Positions 10,430-21,877 of a DNA stretch of 64,000 bases are shown here, one piece after another. The notes beneath the pieces are model-generated. The model was given only the letters and a program-made list of their open reading frames with translations, searched no databases and was not told where the DNA came from. Location: positions 4,736,001-4,800,000 of the forward strand of contig OZ242311.1 in NCBI GenBank assembly GCA_965207885.1, read 5' to 3'. Made by a program: the position numbers and the translations under genes. Each line of letters starts with the position of its first letter. Positions within the stretch are counted from its first letter, which is position 1. This DNA is from Candidatus Latescibacterota bacterium. GTDB taxonomy: Bacteria > Latescibacterota > UBA2968.

Positions 10430-11077
10430 ATGAGATATCGACATATCTTTGGAATGGGTGCGTTTATTGCTCTGTTTTTTGCGATGTGTATGCCCGCTGA
10501 GGGACAGGTGAATGTGGAACGGCTCGAGAGCATTGCGCGACATGTGGCGCAGGCGGTTTTAGCTGAGGGGGATTCTCTGACGGCAGAGCAGGTTGCATGG
10601 GTCGAGCGCATGACCGTGCAATTGGCGGAGGATGCGGCATTTCTCGACGAGCAAAAACAGCGGTTGGAAGAAATGCGTCGCGAAAGAGATGCGTCGATTC
10701 GGAATATCGCGAGTCAGATTGCCAAAGGGATCGGTGTTCTGATTGCTCTGCTGGTTTTGTGGGCGATTTTTCGTGTCTTTAGAAGGGGGTTGCGTGCCGA
10801 GTCGGGAGATGATCCTCTTGGGGTGTTGATTGCGATGCGCACAGAAGCGCGGGCGCAGAAACTCGGCGAGGTGCTTGTTAAAGAAAATTTGGCGACGGGT
10901 GGAACTGTCGCACCGAGTGTCCGTTCAATCTATCGCAGGGAGGATGGGGTGCGAGAAGCTGCTGAGGCGATGGTTTTTTTGAAGACGACGCGTGCACAAT
11001 TAAGCAATTTGATGGACCGAGCAGAGGAATTGGGTGGGGGCAAGACGCCAGAACTCGTTGTGATACGTGAGGTGTGA
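10430..11077 (+). CDS. Membrane-anchored protein with C-terminal CutA-like domain
   Basis: Signal peptide, helical region and one TM segment, then AQKLGEVLVKENLA..VRSIYR..AEAMVFLKTT, which resembles CutA. Confidence 0.65.
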   Translation: MRYRHIFGMGAFIALFFAMCMPAEGQVNVERLESIARHVAQAVLAEGDSLTAEQVAWVERMTVQLAEDAAFLDEQKQRLEEMRRERDASIRNIASQIAKGIGVLIALLVLWAIFRVFRRGLRAESGDDPLGVLIAMRTEARAQKLGEVLVKENLATGGTVAPSVRSIYRREDGVREAAEAMVFLKTTRAQLSNLMDRAEELGGGKTPELVVIREV

Positions 11078-11081
11078 AAGC

Positions 11082-11759
11082 ATGTTAAAAGTCTGGACCG
11101 TCATTCTGTTTGGATTTTGTTTTGTTGTTTCCGCAGGGGCTGAGGAAGAGAATGCCTCGCGTATTGCGCGCGAGATGGTTCGCTCTCTGTATGGCTATGA
11201 GCGCGTGAAGCCGTTGCCGCCCGTGGCGAATGCACAGGTGCGCGTTATTGCGAGAAGGTTGGTTGCGGAGTCAGACGAGCGTTTTCAGCACGCGTTTTTT
11301 CAGGCGGGGGATCGCGAGCAGGGCGCGTTTTTCAGCGGGCTGATGAAGCACATTGCTATCGGGGTGATGATTTGTCTGGTGTTTTTTGTGGTGCATACGG
11401 TTGTGCGAAAACTCGATGTGGCGCGGCGTCTGGGGAAAACAGATCGCGATGTCGCAGTTCAAGGTGGGTTGCGAAATGCGCCTTATATTCTGGCTCTTCC
11501 CATGCCATCTGAAGCGGAGGCAAATCGCGTTGGGCACGCGCTTGTTGCCGAGCGGTTGGCTGCACGGGTGGATGTTTTTTCGCAGTATTTTTTGTCGCCG
11601 GATCGGGATGAAGGTACTGTGCTTTTTGTGATGACTGTAAAAGGCCGCTTGAGATCACTGAAAAAACGATTGGGGGATTTGTCTATGTCATTTCCCGTGT
11701 CTCACGGCCACAGGTCCTATTTGACGTGGATTGCCGATGCGGCTGATGGGAGAGGGTGA
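11082..11759 (+). CDS. Membrane-anchored protein with degenerate C-terminal CutA-like domain
   Basis: Signal peptide and TM, then PSEAEANRVGHALVAERLAARV ... PVSHGHRSYLTWI, matching CutA N- and C-terminal motifs. Confidence 0.62.
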   Translation: MLKVWTVILFGFCFVVSAGAEEENASRIAREMVRSLYGYERVKPLPPVANAQVRVIARRLVAESDERFQHAFFQAGDREQGAFFSGLMKHIAIGVMICLVFFVVHTVVRKLDVARRLGKTDRDVAVQGGLRNAPYILALPMPSEAEANRVGHALVAERLAARVDVFSQYFLSPDRDEGTVLFVMTVKGRLRSLKKRLGDLSMSFPVSHGHRSYLTWIADAADGRG

Positions 11760-11774
11760 AAGGCAAAAGGTATC

Positions 11775-11802
11775 CGCAGATGGACGCAGATGGACACAGA
11801 TG
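11775..11802. repeat. Short 10-bp tandem repeat (c[g/a]cagatgga x3)
   Basis: cgcagatgga cgcagatgga cacagatg in an intergenic position. Confidence 0.6.
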
Positions 11803-11848
11803 AGAGGATGGAGGGCGGGAGGTATTCAGGACATTTTGGGGGTTGATC

Positions 11849-12574
11849 ATGCGTGTATTCAGATATGTTCTCTTATTTTTTTTGGCAATAGTTATAATTA
11901 TCCGATTTGAAACCTGGTTAGATACTTTTTTGCCGGCCGAAATTAGCGACCTGTTCTCGATATTTCTTATGGTTGCTGCTATTTCTATTTTTGGGGGTCG
12001 AAAAAATAAATTTCAACGTTGGTTTGACGACCTGTCGCATCGCATCAATAAAACGCGCGGTCCCCTTTTCCGAAAATTGCGGGTTGCGACCACTGTCATA
12101 GGACATATTGTTATTCTGGGATATTTGGCTCCCTGGTATTTGCCAGTCTTATTTGGAAGTACGACACCGGGAAATTATATGGGTAAGGCGCGGATCGGAC
12201 AAGGGGAGGATGAAAAAAGATGGACGTGTGTTTATGAATACAAAACATCAAGAGGTGTTTTTGAAGGTCATATTGCGTGGAGTCCGCCGGATCCGCCAGA
12301 AGATTTAGAAGCTTATTGCAGCAAACAAATACCCGAATCCATTGTCTATTTTCCGCTCAATCCCCAATATCACTATCCCAAGAACAGAAGTCAGCCCATT
12401 ATGTATAATTATCCAGTAACCCTGTTCTCTGTTGCGATACTCGGAGTGAATATCTTTTGGGTTTTTATTCCGCTGTTCAAACAAGGTGTGATTTCAAATG
12501 GTGAAGACGCACGCGAGGCGTTTTGGTGGGCAGTTATTAGTCTGGGGTATGCAGGGCTTTATAGCTGGGGATAG
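11849..12574 (+). CDS. Hypothetical membrane protein
   Basis: ORF of about 240 aa with several hydrophobic segments; visibly AT-richer than its neighbours; no family recognised. Confidence 0.6.
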   Translation: MRVFRYVLLFFLAIVIIIRFETWLDTFLPAEISDLFSIFLMVAAISIFGGRKNKFQRWFDDLSHRINKTRGPLFRKLRVATTVIGHIVILGYLAPWYLPVLFGSTTPGNYMGKARIGQGEDEKRWTCVYEYKTSRGVFEGHIAWSPPDPPEDLEAYCSKQIPESIVYFPLNPQYHYPKNRSQPIMYNYPVTLFSVAILGVNIFWVFIPLFKQGVISNGEDAREAFWWAVISLGYAGLYSWG

Positions 12575-12603
12575 AGATAAAAACTAAACGAAAGGAGAAA
12601 ATA

Positions 12604-12852
12604 ATGACGGTTCAAGAAATCACAGAAGTCATAAAAACGTTAAGTCCCAATGAGTTGAAGTACTTACGGAATCTATTGGACGAGCACCTACCCAGGGAAG
12701 GCGAAGTGAAAAAACAGGATGCATTTCATCGATCCCTAATGGCTAAAGGTCTGGTTAAAGAACTGAAGAAGCCGACGAAGACAATTGAACGCAGACTTAT
12801 CAAGGTCAAGGGAAAGCCTGTATCGCAAACAATTATTGAGGAGCGAAGATAA
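12604..12852 (+). CDS. Small antitoxin-like protein (orphan)
   Basis: Strong RBS aaggag. C-terminal IKVKGKPVSQTIIEERR resembles antitoxins usually found just upstream of PIN toxins. Confidence 0.55.
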   Translation: MTVQEITEVIKTLSPNELKYLRNLLDEHLPREGEVKKQDAFHRSLMAKGLVKELKKPTKTIERRLIKVKGKPVSQTIIEERR

Positions 12853-15800
12853 GAGGCTGGAGGCTACCATGTCATACCGTATCTCTCTTCTCGTGTTGCT
12901 GACGCTGTTTGCGTGTAGCAAAAAGTCGCCCGAAGACGCTCTGCAATCCTATCCTTTGGAGACGGCGCGTATGGTGAGCCATGTGAGCGGGGGTGTGCTC
13001 GCATCGACTGATCCGATTCGCGTGCGCTTTGTGTCGCCTGTTGTTGGCAAAAGTCAGGTTGGGCAGGTGTTGCGAACGCGCGTTTTTCGATTTGTTCCTT
13101 CTATTGACGGTTTGGCGACATGGGAAGATGTGCGTACGCTTGTTTTTAAGCCAAACGCACCGCTGACGTTGCGTACGGTCTATAGCGGTGAACTCAGCAT
13201 GACCGATTTGTTTCCCCAGCACAAAGATCTGAAGCTGCTTGTCATCCAGTTTGAGGTCGCGGGAAGAGAACTCGTCGCACTTGAGGCAGATTTCGAGTTG
13301 CCCGATGCGAATGATCCGCAGCGTCTCGTTTTTAGCGGTCAGATTAGCTTTAACGAACGCGCAGATTCTTCGGCTGTGAGCGATGCGGTGGCGTTGCGTT
13401 TGGGAGATCAGCAGCTTGCACTCCATTGGCGCATGTTATCAGATGGCAAGACGCATGATTTTACAAGTTCCGAGATCACGCGCACAGGAGAGCCCCGGGA
13501 ACTCGCGATGCATATTGACCGAGCTGATCTGGATCTCTCGCAAGACTACGATAATACATGGACACTTCCTCCTTTATCGACACTTTCCGTTGTCGAGATT
13601 GAAAAACACACGGACCGGGACCGCCCGAGTGTAAGCATCATTTTTTCAGACGATCTCGATTTTGGTCAGGCTATCGCGGGGTTGATCACAGCCGATCCAC
13701 CGCAACAGCTTCAACTCACCGCGATTGGCAAAACAGTGAGTGTTGTGGGCGATTTTCAGCATGGACAGCGTTATGCGTTGACAGTACATCCGGGGGTTCG
13801 CAGCCGCTGGGGTGTTGCGCTGGCTCAACCGCATACAGAGACGGTGGCTTTTGACGATATCAAGCCCCGCATGCGTTTTGCGCGTGACGGGGTATTTTTG
13901 CCCACTTCTGGCAATCGAAAAATTCGATTTCAAACGGTCAATGTGTCGCGCGTTCACCTCAAAATACAGAAAGTGTTTGAATCGAATCTGGGGCAGTTCT
14001 TGCAAGATCAAAAGGTGGATGGATCGCGGGATCGCACGCGAGTATTTTCCTCTTATCAAATTCGGCGCGTGGGCGTGACAGTGGCAGATACAACACTGGA
14101 TATCGGCGACCAAAAAAATGTGTGGTTGCAGCACGAACTCGATCTGAATGATCTGATTTCCAAAGACGAGAAGGGGCTTTATCTGATCGGTCTCACTTTT
14201 GCGGCAGAGGATATGCTCTATGGTGATCCAGTGGAAGCGGCAGAAGCGCGGCAACAGCGCAGGAGGTACCGCGGGACTGCCTATTATAGCAATCCCTATT
14301 CGCGCGGTTATGTCTATCAGCACGGGCGCATCTACAAACCCGTGGTGGTCAGTGATATCGGTCTTACGCATCAAAAGACGCATGATCGACATCTCGTTTA
14401 TGCCACCCATTTAGAAGACGCACGCCCTTTGTCCGGTGTCACCATAACTCTGCGCACATATCAGAATCAGATTGTGGAACAGAAAATTACAGATCGGAAT
14501 GGTCTGGCGGATTTTGGTCCTGTAGAATCGGATGTTTTTTATATCGAAGCCGAGAAAGACGGGCAGCGCAGTTTTATTAAGCCGAGGGATATGGCGTGGA
14601 ATTTATCGACTTTTGATACGGGGGGACGATCCCTTGCACCCGATGGCATTCGGGCGTTTTTTTACACGGAGCGCGGGGTTTATCGGCCCGGCGATGATAT
14701 TCATTTGTCGGCGATTGTGCGCAATCACAACCACACGTTTCCCGATGGGCATCCGATTTCGCTCGCGTTTTACAATCCATTGGGACAGCGCGTGCTCACG
14801 CAGATCAATCGCGAGGGGAAAGATGGATTTTACACCTTTGATTTATCGACTTCGGCTGACGCGCCAACGGGCAACTGGCGCGCTGAAATTGATGTGGGTA
14901 GCCGCAAGTTTAATCACAGAGTCAAGGTCGAAACCATTGTACCTTTTCGCCTCAAGGTCTTTCTCGACCCGCAACTTGCAGAGCGGGATCGCGTGTTGAA
15001 AGCAGATCTGAGGAGTGCGTATTTATTTGGCAATCCAGCGGCGGGTTTAAAAGCCAGTGTCGATGTTACGCTGCGTAGTTCTCCGCCGGTATTTCCCAAA
15101 TTTAAGGGCTTTTCGTTTGTCGATCAGGCGGTGAACTTCAAGCCGATTATAGCCAATATTTTTTCGGGTGCTCTGGATGAGGAGGGCAAGGCCGCTGTGT
15201 CGTGGGAGCTTCCTTCTTTGAGCGAAGTGCCTTCTCGCCTGTCTGCGATATTGCGCGCCCGCGTGCTCGAAAAAGGTGGGCGACCCAATAGCACAGCGCG
15301 CATGGTACACATCGATCCGTTTGAGTTTTATGTGGGGTTGCGAAAGCCGGACCTGGATTACGGTTTTACGCGCGTCAATGCCTCTCTTGAGGTGCCCGTT
15401 ATTGCGGTGACGCCCGATGGGGAGACAGCGTCTGGACGCACGCTGATGTATCGCGTTTTTCACAATGAGAATTACTGGTGGTGGGAATACGATTCGAGGG
15501 ATCAGTTCCGCCTGCGTTTTAAGCGAGATTTTAGTACGAAGAAGATTTTCGAAACATCGATTATTTCTCAAGATCACCCGATGTCGGTTGCGTTTATGCC
15601 TGAGAAACAAGGAGAGTATTTGATCGAAGTGGCGGATGCGGATGGGCATAAGGCGTCGCTTTTTATTCGCGCGTATCCCTGGGGCGGTTTGCCCGCGAGT
15701 GGGCGAGATGCTGGCGCACTGGTGCTCAAGACGGACCGCGAAAATTACGCGCCGGATGAAAAAGCTGTGGTGTCTTTTCCCGTGCCCGATACGTCGTCTG

Positions 15801-17801
15801 TGCTGGTGACGGTGTCGCGCGGTGGAAATGTGATGCATTCGCAGTGGCATACGCCGAGCACGAGGAATACCGCGCAAATCGAGGTTCCCATTACAGCAGA
15901 TATGGCGCCGAATGCCTACGTGACGATATCCGTTATTCAGCCGCATGGACAGACGGCTAATGATCGTCCGTTGCGGATGTATGGGGTTGTGCCTTTGCGC
16001 GTGGCTGATCCAGATACGCGGCTCGATCTCACACTGACTGCGTCCGATGAACTTAAACCCGAAGATTCTTTTGAGATTGTCGTGCAAACGGGTGATGGAA
16101 AACCCGCGCAGTTGACGCTGTCTGTTGTGGATGAGGGTTTGCTGGATATCACGCAGTTTTCCACGCCCGATCCCTGGCGCGCGTTTTTCAGCAAGTTGCG
16201 TTTGGGGCTGCAGGTCTCAGATTTGTTTGGGCAGGTTATAGGTGTCAATATCGGCGATGTGTTTAAGACTTTTTCGATAGGCGGCGATGCCGCTCTGGCT
16301 GCTTATCGGCGCGACAGGCTCCCCGAGGAGCAGAAACAGCGGTTTAAGTCTGTATCGCTTTTTGAGGGTCCGGTTGCGACTGACGATCAGGGGCGCGCTG
16401 TGGTTTCTTTTACCATGCCCAATTACGTCGGTTCGGTGCGCATCATGGCTGTGGCTGCGCGGGGCAATGCTTATGACAGCGTGGAAAAAACAGTGTCCGT
16501 GAAAACGGATTTGATGGTTTTGCCTACTTTGCCGCGCGTGTTGCGCCCCGGCGACCGCATTGCTGTTCCTGCTACTGTATTTGCCATGAGAGATAGTTTG
16601 GGGCCTGTTGATGTGGCGATCAGTACAGAGGGATTGCTCCAGGTCGATGGGCAGGCGCGAGATACCATTGTGTTTCAAAAAGCCGGTGAAGAAGATGTGC
16701 TATTTATGTGTGTGGTGCCCAATGCTATTGGCGATGCGCGCGTTGCGATTACTGCAACTGCAGGCGATGTGATTGCCACGCATACGACGGATCTAACTAT
16801 TTCACCGTCGTCGCCCCGCATTAGCGCCGATGAGACGCGGGAGATACGGCCGGGACAAGTGGTTGTACTTCCCGTTCCCGATCGGGGCATTCCCGGTTCC
16901 AATCGCGCGCGCCTCACCCTGCATACGCGTCCAAATATGAAGCTCGGCAACCGTCTGCTGTGGCTGGTGCGATATCCCTATGGTTGTGTGGAGCAAGTGG
17001 TTTCGGCGGCATTTCCACAGTTGTATCTCAAGGATATTCTCATCGTATCGGGTAAATCGAATGAGATTGCGCGGGAGATGGACGAGCATATCAATGCCGC
17101 GATTCGGCGGTTGCGCAGATTTCAACTGCCGTCGGGTGCGCTCAGTTATTGGCCGGGGCGGTCTAAGCCTTCGATATGGGGCACGCTGTATGCCGGGCAT
17201 TTTTTGATTGAGGCCAATGCCCTCGGTTATTATGTGCCAGACGATCTGTTTGAAAGCTGGGTGCAATACGAGCAATCTCGCGCTTTGACCACGCGCGATG
17301 ATCTTATGATCCGAACCTATCGCGTCTATTTGCTCGCGCTGGCAAATCAACCCGCGCTGGGGGCGATGAATTTACTAAAGGAAAGCAGTTTGCGGGATAT
17401 GACGGATGTGGAGAAATGGCTGCTGGCAGTGGCGTATGACCGCGCGGGTAGTTCTGTAATAGCCAGTGAGATTCTCAAGGATGCGGGTACGCTTGCAAAT
17501 GAGAGCAAGAGGTGGGAGAATACCTTTGGGTCTGCGCTGAGAGATCGCGCGATGATCTTATCGACCATGATCGATTTTCATCGCTGGGGAGAAGCCGATC
17601 TTCTGGCCGATGAAATCGCGCTGGCACTATCATCGGACAGGTGGTATTCGACACAGACGAGCAGTTTCGCGCTGCTGGCACTGGGCAAGCATATCCGGGC
17701 GACCGAGGGGGGGGCAATCGCTGCGTTTGGCGGGTTCGGTGACATTGCCCGGTGGGAAGGTCGTGCCGTTTGATTCGGGTTCGCGTTTTTACAATGTCGA
17801 T

Positions 17802-18998
17802 CATAGTACACGACAAAACCTAAATCGGGTTAAAATCTGGCGGATTAATCAGTAAACGAATGCATTTGAGGAACTGCTGGGCTTGTTGGTGTATATTGAG
17901 CAGGACATACTGCAAATAGTCCAACCCATATCGGAAGAGACTTTTTTCCATCCGTCCGTGGTTTTTGACCTTCAAAGGTTTTGTAAGGGCGATCCATTCG
18001 CCGATGATATGGGCCCAGGTGCAGGCAATAGCCAAAAGCGCGATGAGTTTTTCAATGCGATCTTGATGTATAAGGTGGGTCTCTTCCAGATTAAATCCTC
18101 GACTTTTCAAATTTGCAAAAAGGACTTCAATGCCCCAACGTTTTTTATACACCTCCAATGCGACTTGACGTTGTTGGTTGCTTGCAAGAATGAGGTATTG
18201 ATCCTTCAATCTTAGCGCAGACATATACACAGGTAGGTCATAAACGCGGCGAGGTCTTTGTAGGCTGACCTGCTGATGGATGTGCAAATTTTCAAAGAGT
18301 TTTTTTATGGGTATCTCTCTATCTGCCCTTGAGACAAGGGCATTTTCCTTGATGCGGATGACAAAAGGGATGTTTTGTGTGTCTAACCACGCAAACCATT
18401 CTCTTCCAATGAATTCTCTATCTGCCAATACAACGCGGATATGAGACTTGGGAATGCGCGTAAGCACCTGTTTCATCAAATTGATACGCTCATCACTATT
18501 GGAATTGCCTCGTTTTTTTAACAAGTGCCAACACATAGGAAAGGCGACCCCTTCATAGATAATGCCTGCGGTTAGGATGTTGATATTGAATTTGCCTAAC
18601 TTCCAATTAGTGCGATCTATTGAGACTGCAAAATCGGTCTTTATAGGTAATAAGTGCAAGATCAGTCGCGTCACGGCTTCATAAGGAATGTCAAACTCAG
18701 CGAAAAAACGCTGTATCCTGCGGTAATTTGATTGCGGTTTGACCTGTCCATTTAGCGCATTAGCCAATTTGGCGAAGTTGACCCTGCTCAGCTTGACCAA
18801 AGACAAGATGAAGGCCGCTGTGAAAGTGATGCGTGCTTTATGCCACCCAAAATGGCCTTGCAATACATGGTGAAGTTGTATAACTTGACGAGACATAGAC
18901 CTGTGCCTTGTTGAGATGAGAAGGTTCGTTTTCACACATTCAAACCTAACTCTTTTTCACGTTTTGCACAGGTCTTTTATTTTTTGTCGTGTACTTTA
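17802..18998 (-). mobile_element. IS4-family insertion sequence (1197 bp)
   Basis: Terminal IRs catagtacacgacaaaa / ttttgtcgtgtacttta; 9-bp direct repeat aatgtcgat at 17793-17801 and 18999-19007. Confidence 0.93.
17820..18896 (-). CDS. IS4-family DDE transposase
   Basis: SIDRTNW, LADREF, YKKRWGIEVLFANLKSRGFNLE (YREK motif). Start is MSRQ at 18896 or GTG at 18935. Confidence 0.92.
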   Translation of the reverse strand: MSRQVIQLHHVLQGHFGWHKARITFTAAFILSLVKLSRVNFAKLANALNGQVKPQSNYRRIQRFFAEFDIPYEAVTRLILHLLPIKTDFAVSIDRTNWKLGKFNINILTAGIIYEGVAFPMCWHLLKKRGNSNSDERINLMKQVLTRIPKSHIRVVLADREFIGREWFAWLDTQNIPFVIRIKENALVSRADREIPIKKLFENLHIHQQVSLQRPRRVYDLPVYMSALRLKDQYLILASNQQRQVALEVYKKRWGIEVLFANLKSRGFNLEETHLIHQDRIEKLIALLAIACTWAHIIGEWIALTKPLKVKNHGRMEKSLFRYGLDYLQYVLLNIHQQAQQFLKCIRLLINPPDFNPI

Positions 18999-19562
18999 AA
19001 TGTCGATATTGAATCTGGATTTGGACAATCTGTTCGCGTCCAGCTCAATCCCGAGAGCACGGTGACGCGGGCATTTGCGACGCTCGAGTGGTCGGGCGTT
19101 CCGCTCAAAGCCGATGCGGTGGCCGAATCCCATAGTTTGGAACTCGATGTGCGCTGGCGCGATGATGATGGCTTTCCCGTGTATCCCGATACGCTCAAAC
19201 AGGGGGCGATCTTTTGGGGGCATTTCAGCGTGAAAAACACATCTGTCGCACATATTCGCGAGATTGCATTGACTCAGTTGTTGCCTTCGAGTTGGGAAAT
19301 TGAAAATACGCGTTTGTCGGGCGCGCCAATGCCGGGATGGACGTCTAATTTAGGTTTGGGCAGTGAGGCGTATTTCGATATGCGCGACGATCGCGTAACA
19401 TATTTTTTTGACATCGCACCTGAGAGTAAAACGCAGAATTTTGTCGTGAAGCTCAATGCTGTTACCGCGGGCACATTTACCCTGCCGCCCACACTTGTCG
19501 AGGCGATGTACAATAATAAAGTTAAGGCGGTTGTGCCGGGTAGAACAGTGGTGGTGAGGTAG

Positions 19563-21848
19563 ATGAAACACCGATACAAAATTTTAATCGGTATTTTTGC
19601 GGGAATATTACTTCTGTACTTTGCCGTTCCGGTGCCGCATTTTTTAGAGGATTATAGCGCGGTTGTGCTGGATAAAGATGGGCGCATTTTGCGCGCATTT
19701 CTCAATAATCGCCAGCAGTGGCATTTCCCGCCTCAGAAGAATGTACGCGTTTCGCAGAAGCTCAAAACGAGTGTGCTCTATTTTGAAGATCGATACTTTG
19801 ATTACCACTTTGGTGTCAATCCCGTGTCCGTGGTGCGCGCGCTGTATCAGAATTTGAAACAGGGCAGAACTGTGAGTGGCGCAAGTACATTGACCATGCA
19901 AGTGGTGCGGCTGATGCATCCCAGGCCGCGCACTTATTTTAACAAGACACTGGAGATGATTCAGGCGCTGAAGATCGAGATGTGGTATTCAAAAGAAGAG
20001 ATTTTACAACTTTATCTGGATCACGCGCCTTATGGCGGGAATGTGGTGGGCTATCGGGCGGCGGCGTTGCGGTTTTTTCGTAAGTCGCCAGATCAGCTTA
20101 CCTGGGCAGAGGCGGCATTGCTCGCGGTGTTGCCCAATGCGCCGGGAAAAATTTCGCCTCAGACAAATCCCGATTTGTTAAAAAAGAAGCGCGATGCGTT
20201 GCTCACTGCGCTGTATAGGGCGGGATGTTTTGACGCGGAGACGCTGTATTTGGCGCAAAAAGAATCTGTGCCGCGCAAGTCGCATCCATTTCCCATGTTG
20301 GCTCCTCATCTGGCGCAGTACATTAAAGATCGCCAGACGTCATTTGTTCTTCCAACGACGATTGATCGAGATATCCAGATTCGAGCAGAAGCTCTCGTTG
20401 CGCGTCATATTAGCAGGTTGCGACAGCGCGGGATTCACAATGGTTTTGCACTGATTGCAGATACCAAAACGGGTGCTGTTCGCGCTTATGTCGGGTCTGA
20501 AAATTTCACGGATAGTCACGTCGATGGGATTCGCGCGCCGCGGTCATCGGGTTCGTTGCTCAAGCCATTTCTCTACGCGCTCAGTATGGATGCGGGGCTG
20601 ATTTTGCCGCAGAGCAAAATTCGGGATATTCCGACGTATTACGGCGCGTTTGCGCCACACAATGCCAATCGCACCTTTCAGGGGCTTGTCTCGGCGCACG
20701 ATGCTTTGATTTTTTCGGCGAATGTGCCTGCGGTGCGCTTGCTTTATGAGTATGGCGTGGTGGCGTTTTACGAACGGCTCCGCGCGGCTGGTTTGACGAC
20801 GTTGTTCCGCACGCCGAATGATTACGGTTTGCCCCTCGTTCTCGGCGGTGCCGAGGTGACGGGGTGGGATATGGCGGTACTCTTTCGCGGTTTGGGCAAT
20901 GGGGGCGTGTTTCAACCCCTTCATATCAATCCGGCAGATCGCCCGCCTGAAACCCCGCCTTTGCTCAGTCGTGGTGCGTGTTATCTGGTGCTGAATACGT
21001 TGCGCGATCTCTCGCGACCCGGAATAGAATTTTACTGGCATCAGTTTCAAAACCAGTGGCCCATTGCGTGGAAAACGGGTACGAGTTATGGGCATCGCGA
21101 TGCGTGGGCCGTGGGGGTGTCGCCACAGTGGACGATTGCTGTGTGGGTGGGCAATTTCACAGGTGAAGGGGTATCTGAACTCACGGGGGGGCGCTGTGCT
21201 GCGCCTTTGCTTTTCGATTTGTTTAATAGCTTGCCCCGCGATCCCGACCAACGGTGGTTCGCGGCACCACAGGCCGATTTGATCCGACGAGATGTCTGCG
21301 CAGATACGGGGTATCGCGCCGCGCCGCATTGTCCAGAGCGGGTTTCTGTGGAAGCACCTCGATCACTTTTGAAGATTTGTCCGTATCACCGGGTTATAAC
21401 GGTGAATGCCGACGGTACACAGCGCGTATGCTCTCTTTGCTGGCAGCCGGGTGAACACCATCGCATTGCGCGTCTGGTGTATCCGCCAGATGTTGTTCAC
21501 CACTTGCGGCAACGCGGTCAAAGCACGGGGGATTTGCCATCGCATCGCGCGGATTGTGCGGCGCAAGCAGATCACGCACCTGTACATATTGTGTATCCAA
21601 CGCGGAATGCGCGTCTTTATTTGCCCCGAGATTTTGACGGTACCGTGCAGAATGTCGTGTTGCGGGTGACACATCGCGATAAAAACCGCACGCTATACTG
21701 GTATCTCAACCATCGCTATTTGGGAGAGACGAATACGCGGCACGTCAAATCCGTCGCTTTGCCGACGGGCCAACACACTCTCGAGGTGATCGACGAGATC
21801 GGCCACCGGGATCAAACGCGCTTTTACGTCTCGTCCAGACAGGGATGA
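19563..21848 (+). CDS. pbpC: Penicillin-binding protein 1C
   Basis: EDRYF and SGASTLTMQV transglycosylase motifs, GSLLKP (SxxK), SAN, KTGTS, Cys-rich C-terminal domain; follows A2M. Confidence 0.92.
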   Translation: MKHRYKILIGIFAGILLLYFAVPVPHFLEDYSAVVLDKDGRILRAFLNNRQQWHFPPQKNVRVSQKLKTSVLYFEDRYFDYHFGVNPVSVVRALYQNLKQGRTVSGASTLTMQVVRLMHPRPRTYFNKTLEMIQALKIEMWYSKEEILQLYLDHAPYGGNVVGYRAAALRFFRKSPDQLTWAEAALLAVLPNAPGKISPQTNPDLLKKKRDALLTALYRAGCFDAETLYLAQKESVPRKSHPFPMLAPHLAQYIKDRQTSFVLPTTIDRDIQIRAEALVARHISRLRQRGIHNGFALIADTKTGAVRAYVGSENFTDSHVDGIRAPRSSGSLLKPFLYALSMDAGLILPQSKIRDIPTYYGAFAPHNANRTFQGLVSAHDALIFSANVPAVRLLYEYGVVAFYERLRAAGLTTLFRTPNDYGLPLVLGGAEVTGWDMAVLFRGLGNGGVFQPLHINPADRPPETPPLLSRGACYLVLNTLRDLSRPGIEFYWHQFQNQWPIAWKTGTSYGHRDAWAVGVSPQWTIAVWVGNFTGEGVSELTGGRCAAPLLFDLFNSLPRDPDQRWFAAPQADLIRRDVCADTGYRAAPHCPERVSVEAPRSLLKICPYHRVITVNADGTQRVCSLCWQPGEHHRIARLVYPPDVVHHLRQRGQSTGDLPSHRADCAAQADHAPVHIVYPTRNARLYLPRDFDGTVQNVVLRVTHRDKNRTLYWYLNHRYLGETNTRHVKSVALPTGQHTLEVIDEIGHRDQTRFYVSSRQG

Positions 21849-21877
21849 AGGGTATTTGGTAGGCAGGTGAAAAATCT

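Larger units (their letters stand above)
12869..19562 (+). pseudogene. yfhM: Alpha-2-macroglobulin lipoprotein, disrupted by a +1 frameshift (G8 at 17707-17714) and an IS insertion (17802-18998)
   Basis: Lipobox LFAC, TERGVYRPGD, thioester YPYGCVEQ, C-terminal DMRDDRV..AVTAGTFTLPP..VEAMY at 18999-19562; upstream of pbpC. Removing one G and the IS restores a single frame. Confidence 0.9.
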
